From the NCBI GenBank assembly GCA_004022145.1, contig RCNU01000004.1: a DNA stretch of 64,000 bases, one strand, 5' to 3'. Below the pieces are notes generated by a model. That model was given only the letters and a program-made list of their open reading frames with translations. It made no database searches and was not told where the DNA came from. The DNA is from Paecilomyces variotii. Taxonomy: Eukaryota. Position numbers and translations under genes: made by a program. Of this stretch, positions 1 through 12,119 are shown one piece after another (the stretch's first letter is position 1; each line of letters begins with the position of its first letter).

Positions 1-1457
1 AGGATTCTCAACTTGAGCAGAAGGGGCCATTGCGGTTTTTGGACTTTCAGATACCGCGATAAAATAAGTAATAATAATTTACTGAGAGAAGTAGATACCC
101 TGCAGAAATACCCCGCCCATTTATACTTAACATCCTCTCCATGAGTGGGATCCTTGTCATATGGCGATAGCTTCAAAACACATAACATTTACCCAAATTC
201 ATCACACTATGCATTACAAATCCTCCCGCATCTAGCCTTTCAATATCTATGGGATAATACGCTTTAAAAAGGCCCAGATACCATATCTGAGCAAATCAGC
301 TCGTTGCGAATACACCATATCTTCGCGATGGAGGGGGTTTTTCGGGCATTCGCCATATCATCATGAGATATTGCAATTGAGGAGTAAATCACGCCGCGCT
401 TGTGACCGGGATGGTATGAAGCGCGGGTTGGTTGATCGGGAATAACGGCATCTTTTTTTGTTTGATGTTGATGTATGAGAGGATTTCGGAGGTGGATTGC
501 GCAAGCGGTCCGAACTTGCAAACTTCCGAGTAAATAGTTCTGGAACACTTCACAACTGTCGATGATGAAGACTGGAGGACGTTTAGTATTATATAGAGAG
601 TAATATAACATGCTTAATCTAGTCTATAATAAACATATGGGAGAGAATGGTACGGAGAGTGATTGCTTAGGCACTTCCATATCCGGTAGAGTTATAAGTA
701 AACCACCTTAAAAGTCATAAGCGACAAACTTTCAGAGACAGAGGAAGTATACAGGTAGTAACATCTGATATGAGAATCAAAGAAAGGGTGATCTTTAATC
801 AATCTCGATCGAAGTCTACAACAATGTACTAAGCCTCGCACTATGATGAAAGGCAAGAAGAACTATGGCTCATTGTAGAATGGCATGTCAATGACAAACG
901 ATGCTATTAACAAGGGATAACGCAACACATACGCATATAGTTCCAAAGAACTCAGCTATAAGGCTGTGCATAGAAGCCATACAAAGAGGCTCTTTGAAGG
1001 CATCTATTGTTGATACTGTTGAACAGAAAAAAGTCGCCTGTGGTGCCGGTCAACGTAGCATATCTTTATCCTATCCTTTGACAGCTTTTCTTTGGCACTT
1101 CTATTCCGGGTGATAATGGCTCTTGTGCTGTCTATATTTACAGAGAATAAAAAGACGTGATGATACTGGTGAAAACTGGGCATATATTTCTGTAGTATCC
1201 CTTCGTTCTAAATGCTGTCAGAGACCTAGATCATCACGGCGAGTGAGCTGTTGAATTCCCTTTGCATAGGTTTAAGTGGAAAGCGATCGATCTCGACAGA
1301 CTCTATTCCTTATCGCACAGGGATTCTAAAACTCTTTGCTTCGATCAGCTCGAGCGTCTAGGCATTCATAGTCAGGGTTGTTTCCTGGAAACCGAACCTA
1401 CGCAGTTCTCTGGAAAGTTGTCGCCCACTGACACCGAAGCTTGTCTCGTCGGAAACA

Positions 1458-2198
1458 ATGGAGGACAGAAATATCCACAGACAACATCATAACACAAAGC
1501 GGGGTATCAATCCAAGTGGCAGTAATTGCCCCGAAACACCACTGTCTCCACGGTCTCAGCAGTCCTTCGAATATCAATTGGAGGCTGTACCAATATTGCA
1601 CTCGCTGCCACAATCACAATCACCATCACCATCGACTATAAGTGTGGCAGATAGAATAGCACATATATCCGAAGAACTGCCGTCATCCAACAAAGAGAAT
1701 CTAAACATAGCGTCTGGTGATATATGCCACCCCGCCTTCTTCCACGCTGTCAAACACCTCTCATCGCCTCTAGCTCCTCTCGTCTCAATCACGACGGGTC
1801 TCCCACATCGGGACTTTCCACGGACTCTACTGGCGTACCATCTCCTTACCTCCGATCAACTGGACGATATAGCTCGTCACTATCACCAAGTATGGCCGCC
1901 CATGCCAGAGACATTTGGCTATCCTATCCGGGTACCTGCCTGGGTCGGTACGGGAAGAGAGTACGAATTAGACATAGAGACGAAGCGGCGACGACTAGGA
2001 CGATTCATGGGATTAAGAGGGTGCGAGAGTCCGGTTGTTGATAATGCTCATACAGAGAATTGGCAGCGGGAGGCATGCGCCTGGGAGAGTGACGAGGAAA
2101 TGAAAGAAAGGATGGAGCGTGAGTGGCAAGCCGCGCTTCTGTGTGCGAGGAGTCAGGATAGTGATGAGGTTTTGAGGAAGAAGGCGGGAGGTTTTTGA
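1458..2198 (+). CDS. Conserved fungal hypothetical protein (246 aa)
   Basis: Single-exon ORF. Ser/Pro-rich N-terminus, then a segment (FPRTLLAYHLLTSDQLDDIARHYHQ...KRRRLGRFMGLRGCESP) that I recall from uncharacterised ascomycete proteins. Confidence 0.7.
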   Translation: MEDRNIHRQHHNTKRGINPSGSNCPETPLSPRSQQSFEYQLEAVPILHSLPQSQSPSPSTISVADRIAHISEELPSSNKENLNIASGDICHPAFFHAVKHLSSPLAPLVSITTGLPHRDFPRTLLAYHLLTSDQLDDIARHYHQVWPPMPETFGYPIRVPAWVGTGREYELDIETKRRRLGRFMGLRGCESPVVDNAHTENWQREACAWESDEEMKERMEREWQAALLCARSQDSDEVLRKKAGGF

Positions 2199-2367
2199 CC
2201 TTCAAGCCATCCCGGTTATAGGATTTCTTGATCATTTATGATGCGAATGGAGTCATGTATAGATTTCTGTGGAATATAGAGAATCACAATTGATCTTGCG
2301 ACGATATACAGAATCCACCCGCTAGTTGTTGTAAAGGGAGTTGGGATGAAACTATTGGATGCAAGAT

Positions 2368-4457
2368 CTAATGGCCCATTCCCCTCGCCCAGTTCTGGAC
2401 TACTAGATCCCAATATTTCTCTCGACTACGCTCTCTGAACGTCTTGCCCCATTTGATCATGATGAGGAACACAGCCGCACATGCCATTCCAATAAAGGCA
2501 GCTGAAATGAAACAGTTCTGGTATCCTAGGTTCTCGACCCATGGTGTGATTCTGGAATCATATTATTAGCTTCGGCTTTTTCTGCGAGGCGATCTGAGTA
2601 ACTATTGGCATCTTACCCGTAGCCAATCGCAAAAGACATTGTATTTCGGACCAGGATTACAGTGACCACCGCATCTCCGCTTAGCTCTCTGTAACTGTCA
2701 ACGAGATAGTTTACGCTCAAGGTTATTCCGCAAGTGTTGCAAAATGCTAGCGTGCACATGGCGACCAGCAGCCCGAACCAGTGGATATTATGGGCAGCAC
2801 CAACGCCCCACAAAATCAAGGATGCAGGAACAACAATGATGCATGCTGCGAAGGGCCAGAGGCGCTGCTCGGCTTCCATGATACCCTTGTTGCGTCTTGC
2901 TAGCTTGATTGTAAGCCAGTCACTGAAGCGGCCGGTAAAAAGCGAACTTGTGTTATCAGTTAGCAATCCATCTTATCCTTTAGGGGGCAAAAGGGTATCT
3001 ACGCTGCAATGGTTCCTAGACAACATGCTACATAGCTCAGTCCCACCATTGCTGAACTATACTGTTGTTAGCCTGGCTTCCGACTAGGGGGTCTGATAAT
3101 ATTGTACCTGAAGTTATATGGTGCCGAGCCTAAAACTATAGATGCGGTACCATTGAGTACATTGAACCAAATCAAGTACGAACCATACGAGAAACTGATG
3201 GACTCCAAGTTAGCATATTGCATCTCTCATGGGTTACGCTCGAGAGACGAGTGTCAGTACATACCCGGCGTAGAATATCACAGGCCAACCGAGGAAGTAC
3301 AAGGTCTGGTACACCCTATGAAACATGTTGTTCTTTCCTCTATTGGTATTGATGAGTGCTAACTTCTGGACGTAAGTTTTCTTCTTGTATACTACTCCCG
3401 CATCAAGATCAGCGGGCTCTTGCCTGTCTGTTGGCTTTGGTGTTTTCTCCTGGTCTTCCTCCGAACGAGGTGGTGATTCATCCCGCTCGCCATTCTCCAC
3501 AACACGGGCGGATGTCCGCACATAGTTCGTTTCTTCCATAAAGAAGAATAAGAAGACCACTGCAAATCCAATGAATATGCTTGGCCAATAGAATACCCAT
3601 TGCCAACCCTGGTATTGGGCGATGAAACCGCAAATCACAGGCGCGAAATAATTGCTTCCCGCTAGAAACAGAGCGTAGAGGCCCATGTATGTACCACGCT
3701 CATGCGTGAAATACTGCGTGCGTCCAGTAAGCATCCCTATGTTTTTGTTATCCCCATTGTACTGTACGTACCACATCCGTGACGCTAACTTCAGGGAGAG
3801 CCTCGGTTGGTGCCTCGAAAAATCCCAGTATGATACTTCGCGCAATCCATTGGCCATTTTTGTGCGCGTAAGGACTATTCCATTGTCAGCACCTTCTCCT
3901 CTTAAGCATCATTTCACACACTCACCCCCACATTGTCATGGCCTGATAAGCAGTCAGCTAGCTCCACTTGATGGTTCTGAGACAATTGCGCGTACCAGAC
4001 AACCCAACATTGAGACAATATATGTCAAACGCTTGCCATAGTGAAGTGCAAAAGGCTGCCAGAACAGAAGACCCCATCCTGCTAAGAGGAACATGTATCC
4101 GGTACCCTGGTTGAGAGTATCGACGGGCACTCCTGATGCCTCCGACAACGGAACAAGGACAGAGTATACGACTGAACCGGAGATTCCAGTGAATAGAGTG
4201 TATCTAGTATACACTTCCGTTAGTAACCACTCAATGCAATGCGTCTTTCAGGCATAACCTTACACGCTCACACATATCGTGGATAGCAGCTTCCGTCTTG
4301 GCGACCAGTTCAAGGGATCATCTGGATCGTCGGATGGGGTAGGGACAAGAAGGATATCCTGGTCTCCCCTGTCTAGATGACGCGCGGCTAAAACATGTTC
4401 TATATCTACCAGAGTAACAGTTCCTGGTACTGACTCTCTGTCAACAGTCGGCGCCAT
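2368..4457 (-). CDS. Major facilitator superfamily transporter (multi-exon)
   Basis: Exons give [16 protein letters not shown]...[38 protein letters not shown]...[16 protein letters not shown] and C-terminal [17 protein letters not shown]...GMGH*; GT-AG introns. Confidence 0.9.
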
Positions 4458-5512
4458 GATCCACGATGGCGAGGATCGTTCGTTGTATTGAGTTGTTGCG
4501 GTTCGCGCAGTAGGTATGGCTCACGAAGAACCCAGAAGTCGAGGTCACACAAAACCAATGATGCAATCGTAATGTGGATTTCCCAGACAGTAAAAAATAT
4601 GTCCGTTGCTTATAATATTCGCAATAACGGCTTCTCATGAGCAGATCATAGAGCTAGTCCACACTGCACTCAGAACATAAGAATATCTGTTCCTCGCCCG
4701 CCCTACGGAGTAAACTCATGATCTAGAGCTCTTCGGAAATCCTCCGCTGATCAACATCCGTTTTGGATGCGACGATGATGGTTACATGGACCGAGGGCAG
4801 CATACTTGATTGGCTTGACAATGCTGCTGATAAGCGGCGGTGTATCAATCTTGACACAGCTGCTGATCGACAGGGAGATAATAGATTAACCACAGATTCC
4901 GATAGCCAAAACTCTTCATACTGGCTGCAGAACCGACTCGATGTAGAATTTCGATTAGGCTGTAGCTACTATCTATCAGTCACAGTGACAAGTTGGAGAG
5001 ACCTATTCGTTTTGTTTCCCAGACCTTTACCCCGCTGCAATCTAGGGCCGTGTTGGAATTAGCCGATCATCATCGTCCAACAACAAGCAACGACTCTGTT
5101 GACATCTCGGTTTAGCCTCTATCTGATAGAGTTGGCCGAATACCTTGTAACTGATCACTCTCATTAGAATAAGCTTCAGGTACATGTAGAAGATTTGGGA
5201 ACGATCCCAGGTGGATTTTTGCAAGCACATAGATTCCAGACCAGAATCGAATATAGACTCTCAGCCATGGTGATTAGAGACCGGCAATAAAAATGTTGCA
5301 GAGAAGCTCACCGAGCAAGTTGCTGCAAGAATGGAGACTCCCTTCAACCATTCCTGAGATGGTGTCCCCTCACACGAATACCAACGTTTTCTGAGGTGCT
5401 TAATGTCTCATATGAGACTAGATACTCATAATCCAGTATGCTATATTGATTGGCGCTACATTTCAACAACAGTAGTCACGAAGCGAAATCTATTAAGTCT
5501 GAATTTATGATA

Positions 5513-6821
5513 CTATGACCCGAATTTCTGATCCACCAGCTTTTCGCTGAGCTCCCATAGCTGCTTCGCAGATTGCTCTCCGGCAGGGAAGTCAAGATTT
5601 GGAAGGGGGACGACGTGGCAATTGTCCAAGAAGGCACCGGATTTATCTCAGAGGAAGTCAGATATGAGCACGGCCGTGCCCAAAAGCCAGTACATAGTCA
5701 GAGGATACCCAGCTTACCTTCCAGAGTTGGATCAAGCAAAGCTCGCAGGACTGTGCCGCAACCTTGTGGGAGAGATTTGGGGGCTTGCTGCAAATTCAAC
5801 GGCGCTTCCTCTCCCGCTATCGTGAGAAACGCGGTAAGCCTTTTCCTCTATCATATAAATGTATAGAATTCCATACCGTCTTTCTTCTTCTGCAGCCATG
5901 TGTTAACCAATTCAGGGCTGAGATAGGTCTGAAGGTTGCTCTTTATATCTGATAACCGTGAGCGTATGCACTTGATATATTATCTTCTATTTTCATTAAC
6001 GGCTTACTTCCTGGATTCACAGAGAAAGCTGCTATTCCATCCTTCGAAAATGACTTGGCCAAAGACTTGGCGAATAGCACGTTTGCCAGCTTTGACTGCG
6101 CGTAAGCTTCCAATGGATGGTAGGTTTTCCCGTCCTAGGATGACAGTTGTCAATATTTCTGCTTTATCGGTTAAAATCAGGAGTGATTCCTTACGGAGAA
6201 ATTGTAATCATCGAAATTTGGTACTGGAGCATCGGGCCTGATGCTACTGGCCACCAAGACGACTCTCGTGCCTTTGCGTTTCGGCATAGCACCGAGCAGA
6301 GTATTGATCAGCAAGAAATGGCTCAAATAGTTTATTTGGAATTGGCACTCAATTCCATCGTCCGTCTTCTCGTACTGAAGTCCGGTGATGGTCTCGCTTG
6401 CGATAATGCCATCTACGGGAACATCCAATTCCCTGATAACCTTTGCGGCACCGCGGACCGACTCGAAATTACCGAAGTCTGCAGAGATAAAGAGGGTCTT
6501 TACCGTCGGAAACCTTTGATTTATTTCATCCACAAGAGGTTGCGCATCGCCTTGGGACTTTCCAACGAGTATAAGGCATGCTGGTTTAGCTTCAGCTAAC
6601 GCCAAAGCTATGGCTGCTCCAAGTCCTCCTTTGGTTGGCTCGGTGATGACAACTATGGCAAGTCAGTCAGACAGTAATTGTGACAGTCAATGGTGTTTTA
6701 ATGAGATCAAGCAGATTCTCAAATACTGCACAATGGAAAACATACACGTTCCATGTCTCACTGCATCTGGAAACGCAGCCACAACATCAGTGCCTTTCGT
6801 CTCATGTCCGAAATGTGCCAT
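5513..6821 (-). CDS. Short-chain dehydrogenase/reductase (retinol dehydrogenase/WWOX-like), multi-exon
   Basis: MAHFGHETKGTDVVAAFP start; Gly-rich ITEPTKGGLGAAIA; QFQINYLSHFLL; catalytic YAQSK; C-terminal AKQLWELSEKLV. Confidence 0.85.
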
Positions 6822-7772
6822 TTTCGCAAACAGGGCAGCCACAGTTGATTTCATTCCTTTGAATCGGGGACGAGACGTCTCAAGCTATAATTGTTGGAGA
6901 CATCTCCGGCAAACTTTCTTTTCGTCACTGTGAGGTTACGTACCGCTGTTTCTTCGCTGTGAACCTCCGACATAGTTAGATGACGATAGAGGAAAACTGA
7001 TTTCAACAGAGTATAAGTGCTCTTCAGTTTTGCACGCTTAATTACGCCTTGGATTTAACGAGATCCTGCATGTGCTAGATTGTTTTCTCTTTCTCTAGCT
7101 GCAGGTAAGTGAACACCATCTTGGAGCTACAATCGACATTGTTTAAACTTCGGGAGTACCGGATGGTGGCGGATCTTCGGCGTCATAGAACCCAAAGTCT
7201 GACATACTTCTTATTCGTCTTTATGAACTCCTTCGGAAATTCTGTCGTTTAGTTTCCATGAAAGCCCCTTGAAGGATATCATGCTGCTATTTCCCAGAAA
7301 GTTACTTGATTGGGTTGTAGGATGTCTGATAAGCTATCCCGCAATTGTGTGATATAGAGTCAAGCTACTATTATGCTATGCACATGCTAACAGTGGCCGT
7401 GCGGATTCTCTTATCTGGACTGAGATGGACACCGGATAGACATGAAAAACTCCAAGTCGGTCAGAGATCGGTTAACGAAGTGTTTATAGTCTATAACGTC
7501 AGAGATAGTATCGGTCGAGCCTATCAGACTAGGCATCGTATTCATTTCTATGAATGCTGCTGCATACCAGGCAGTAAGCATTTGATTGCATATACGGAAT
7601 CCTAGTCTCCTGCTTATCAGTAGCTGCGAGTGTTGAGTAGAGTACATAAGTGCTCGGTTGCTGTATCAATTTCTTACAGCTTTTTCTTGCTTGACAAAAT
7701 GCAGCACCTTTAGCATCATCTAGTCAAACGTACACGAACAACGCAAGATATTCGTTTTATATGGAACCCACC

Positions 7773-8470
7773 ATGGCAGCACCTTTCAAACCACCCATGT
7801 CCAGTGCTCGCAAACCTAGAGCTCCAAAGTGGACACCGCTAGAATCCACTAAGATGAGCCTGGGCCGACTTGCATACAATTGAATTATCATTGCTGGACT
7901 CCCCCAACCCAGATGTCATTGCGAAGGTCGTAGCAACAACAAAACAAGCAATCGAAGAGAATGGCTTCTTATTCTTAACAGACGACGGAGTCTCCTTAGA
8001 GGACCTCCATCGTGAATTCGATCTGTTCCAGTATCATCATCTGAATATCACAGAGGAGAAAAAGAAAGAGCTGCTCTGGGACCCGTTGACAGGAGTCTCT
8101 GCGAGATTCAAGCGAGCAACAGGCTGGAAACGAGAGGCAGGCAAATACGGCGGGATTGAGCAGTTTACTCTTTATTCCCCAGAATTCGAAGATCTTCAGA
8201 GAGTCCCGAACTGCATTCGACCGTTCATGGATGAGATCACTGCTTTTTGTGACTATATGGAAAAAATCGGTCACTCGTCACTTGTTGCAGTTGTTGTCCT
8301 TGGTTCTCGAGCTACCCAGCGACTGGCTATGGGATGCTTCAATTGTTGATTCTGACTGGCCTGTCTCCAGAAGCGGACACGGATGGCTTTTCTTGGCGAA
8401 TATGAATGGTGAGCATGAATTAAAATTCAGACTGCAGCACAGGCTGTCTGATGCAATAGTCTTTAGGTGA
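7773..8470 (+). pseudogene. Frameshifted, 3'-truncated 2OG-Fe(II) oxygenase (DIOX_N-type N-terminal half)
   Basis: ATG at 7773, frameshift near 7860 into WADLHTIELSLLDSP...AIEENGFLFL; second frameshift at the A-run near 8260 into SVTRHLLQLLSLVLELP; no HxD...H catalytic half before the next gene. Confidence 0.7.
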
Positions 8471-8806
8471 AGTAGATGATGAGCTGTTATTTCAGCCTTA
8501 TGAATATGGAATCCTTTCTTCATCGGAAATACGGATTCGGAAAGAATCCGCGATGAGTCAGGCATGAGTCAGCTTCTCCTAGGAAAATGAAGTTGCTGAC
8601 TCACCGTCGTAAGATCTGGTTGACATTTACCTAGTCGTATCCAGTTTGAGCTCCATCATCTGAGGTGACGACGAAAGAGACATTTCCACCTTCAAGGTGA
8701 ACGGCGATCAGACAGCAAAATGGAAAATTCTGCATTGTAGGACAACCTGGAATCAATTTCTATAATGAATTGGATTCCGCTGCTTATCTTATCTGACTGA
8801 GAATGG

Positions 8807-11216
8807 ATGCACATTCTATCAAACATGGCAGACGATCGAAAAGCAGGGCCTTTGCCGGGCTGGCGAATCTCCAAAGCATGCCAGGAGTGTCGCAAGCGAA
8901 AGATAAAATGCGATGGGGGGAATCCTTGCAAAACGTGCCGTGAGCGCAGCACTTCCTGTGTCTATCGTGATGTGATCCGGCAACGTCGGAAGAAACAGCA
9001 GCAGCAGCAGCAGCAGGAAAATCGCGATTCCAATCCTCACTGGGGCTCCGCAGAAGAGAGCGATATAGGTCGACCTCTATCTCCGGGGTCATCCCAGGGC
9101 GCAGGCTCTGCTGGCCGACGCAACGAACCAGTCATGTATACCTTCCATAACAGCGTCTCAGCAACACATATGGCGTCTCCGTCATGCAAGGTACAGCTGT
9201 ACTATGGCCCAACATCTCATTTTTCGCTGTTACAGCACATCTATCGAGATTTGGTTTCTGTCCCCAACCTGCCGCCAACAGAACCACAAGGCGAGGTCGA
9301 GCATGCAGATGCCGGGCTCGATCTGTTCAATTTCCGTCGAATCTTCTTTGGAAGCCTGGCAGAGACGCATGATGTTAGCAAGGACGCTTCCATGGGGAAT
9401 ACGCCGCTAATGTTCTTGCCGCGGGAGGTAGCGATGTTTTTTCTGGAGCGGTATTTGGCGACGTTCTATTATTTGACCCCGTTTTGGCCAAAAGAAACTA
9501 TACGGAGAGACGCAGAGAGACTATACGACCCTGACATTGGCTTGCAAATGGACCCTTCCGTTAAGTCAGTGATCCTGATGGCGATGGCATGTGGTGCCTT
9601 GGGAACTGAACACTATGCCTGGGGCGAGGTTCTTTATGAACGTGTCAAGGCATCTTCTAATTCTCTAGATGATGTTGTCAACCTCCAGACAGTGCAGACG
9701 TCATTGCTTATGATAAGTATATCCTATAACTCTATGATGACTAGGAGTATTGACGAGTTATTCTAGTGAACACGCCCATTATCAAGCCGACCAAGGTCGA
9801 CCGAACTCATCGTTTTTGCACCTAGGTGTTGCAACCCGAAAAGCATTCGCAGCTGGTCTGCATAAGGATGCGCCCGACAACGAAAGGGATGCTGACAGGG
9901 AAACGGTCGAAAGACGGCGGACAACCTTTTGGTCTCTATACTTCTATGAAAAGTAGGCTGTACTCTCTGATGTGTCGATATGCAGGTGCTAATAGGACCC
10001 TAAACAGTCTCCTGTGTTTTCACATGGGAAGACCAAGTTCTCTTACCGCGGATGATATCGGCACGGTCTACCCGGAGGACCCTTTCTTGTTGGCGCTAAT
10101 TCATCTTTCGAAAGCCATCTCGCGCTCTGCCAAAGAGATATATGGCAAAAGACACCAGTCCTTGCTGCAAATGTGGAAAGTCGCATTGTCGATATCGGAC
10201 GGATTGAGCGGTTACGAGTGTCGGATGCGAAAGGCAGTCGGCTTTGGACTGGAGAAAACTCCGCAGCCAGGGCATATCGGTGTTCAACAGACTGTTCTCG
10301 CTTTATGTAAGTGGACTGATATCTCTTGATGCTGGAGACCCTGCTGATTGCCTAGGCTATTACTATACCCTTCTTCTCACGTTCCGGCCGTTCTTGATCT
10401 TTCGAGGTCGATGGCGACAGAGCATGAAAACGTCTGCTCAAGCCCCTGCTGGAAATGACAATCGGCCACATGAGATCCCTTCTTGGCTGAATGAGGCTTG
10501 CGACTATGTCTTGTATACAGCGCGCAAGACAATCCACTATCTTTGCAAAGCTTCCTTAGTAAATGAACTTGTGAGAGTACGCATTTCTGTCTCGATAGCC
10601 GCTCCATGTGGAAATCGCACCGTTGAGCGGCATCAGCTTTACATTGGAGCCTTTTATCTGACCTATCTCACAGGAGCTCCGTTATCACACATTCTTTTTA
10701 AGCAGCGCTACGTTCACCATCATTTATGATGCGCTGCATGATGAGAAGGCAGCTACCACTCATCTCCCATGGGCACACGCGGCTTTACAATGTCTCTCGA
10801 CCATGCGCCCCGGTGACTCAGTGTCAACGTCTATTTCAGGCTTACAGTCCGTTTTGCAGCAAATGAATTTCCCGCTTGATTTGACAGCCGAACAGCAAGT
10901 TGACGGTGATTCTGGGAACCGTTGGCACTATGCCTCCCAGGGTACGCGTGGATGTGACCAGACGGGAAATAGCATGATACCTATCATCCCAGAAGCCAGT
11001 TCTGATACTGTCGGACTCACACCGCGGAATCTCCCCGTCGGCGATAACATTACGGTGAACGGCTTTAACAAAAGCATGGATAACAATGGAACCGCAGAGG
11101 ATCTTCTAGATCTCACGGAGGCCGATATGGGGTGGGGCTTTGATTTCTCGACAATGGACCTAGAGGGGTTCTTTTCCATATATCCGACAGTAGATACGAC
11201 TGTTCCCAGCTTCTAG
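8807..11216 (+). CDS. Zn(II)2Cys6 fungal transcription factor with fungal-specific TF middle domain
   Basis: ACQECRKRKIKCDGGNPCKTC...C binuclear cluster; RRRTTFWSLYFYEK and MGRPSSL motifs; acidic C-terminal tail; four introns. Start may be the ATG at 8825. Confidence 0.92.
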
Positions 11217-11633
11217 CCAATCGATACGTTATACTCAGTCATTCCTTCTTTCGGGTTATTTACATCGCGCGTCAAACTATATCGAGCTATATTCTACCCC
11301 CAGGGACTGTCCAGGTTCGTGTGTGGAACAGTTCGAGAACTGGCCAGACGAGAGATCAACGTGCACTGTCAGCTATTGTATGGACGCCCTAGTTCGCTAC
11401 TCTTCCCCACCTACGACGCGCAGTGGTGTCTCATGTTGTCTAGGAACACAGGTCTCGGGCCTGGAGCTTAGGCTCATTAACAATCCATGTCGCTTGGTAT
11501 GCCTTCGAGAACATGTCGATCCATTTAGCTTCCGACCTGTCCGGTTAACACCGTACTAAGTCCGCCCGCAGTTATCTTAGCGTCTCGCTCTGTCTTGTAA
11601 CTAGACGGGGTCACAGTTGAACGGACATACCTA

Positions 11634-11750
11634 CAGTTAAACGGGGTTACTACTAAGGGAGCTCAGCGTGGGTAGAAATCATCGGCCGAGAAAAGTCTTG
11701 GCATTTTTTTCCTACCCACTCTGAGCTCCCTTAGTAGCCCCGTTCAACTG
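11634..11750. mobile_element. Tc1/mariner-type MITE-like element (117 bp, ~40 bp imperfect terminal inverted repeats, TA flanks)
   Basis: TA|CAGTTAAACGGGGTTACTACTAAGGGAGCTCAGCGTGGGTAG ... CTACCCACTCTGAGCTCCCTTAGTAGCCCCGTTCAACTG|TA; CAGT...ACTG termini with a TA duplication. Confidence 0.7.
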
Positions 11751-12119
11751 TAGTTTAAGTTATGGTATGTCCTTTGGAAACTGATATATCCGCAGATTCT
11801 GCTGGTCTGGATCTCCAATTACGGAAAATTCCGCTGTGATTGTGTCATGATTATTGGTTGTGGCGATCTGATAAGATCCACTAGCGAAGCGATAACGGAA
11901 TTCCGGATATGGACGGTTTTTCGGCAATACGGATATATAGAGATGAACTTATATCAAGGAACTGCGAATAATAACCTCTGAAGAGAAGAGCTTATGATCT
12001 TTGATATACAGCTGAAAGATTATCTGGATCGCAGGTAGTCGGTTCGACTGTTGGGTGTTGTTGAAGTTGTAGTTCGGCATGAAGATTTAGTTTCTGGATT
12101 GGGACAAGGAATAGACTAT

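Noticed and set aside
1-1250. Short ORFs in the AT-rich window start
   Set aside because: The frames I traced hit early stops and I recognised no domain or consistent exon chain.
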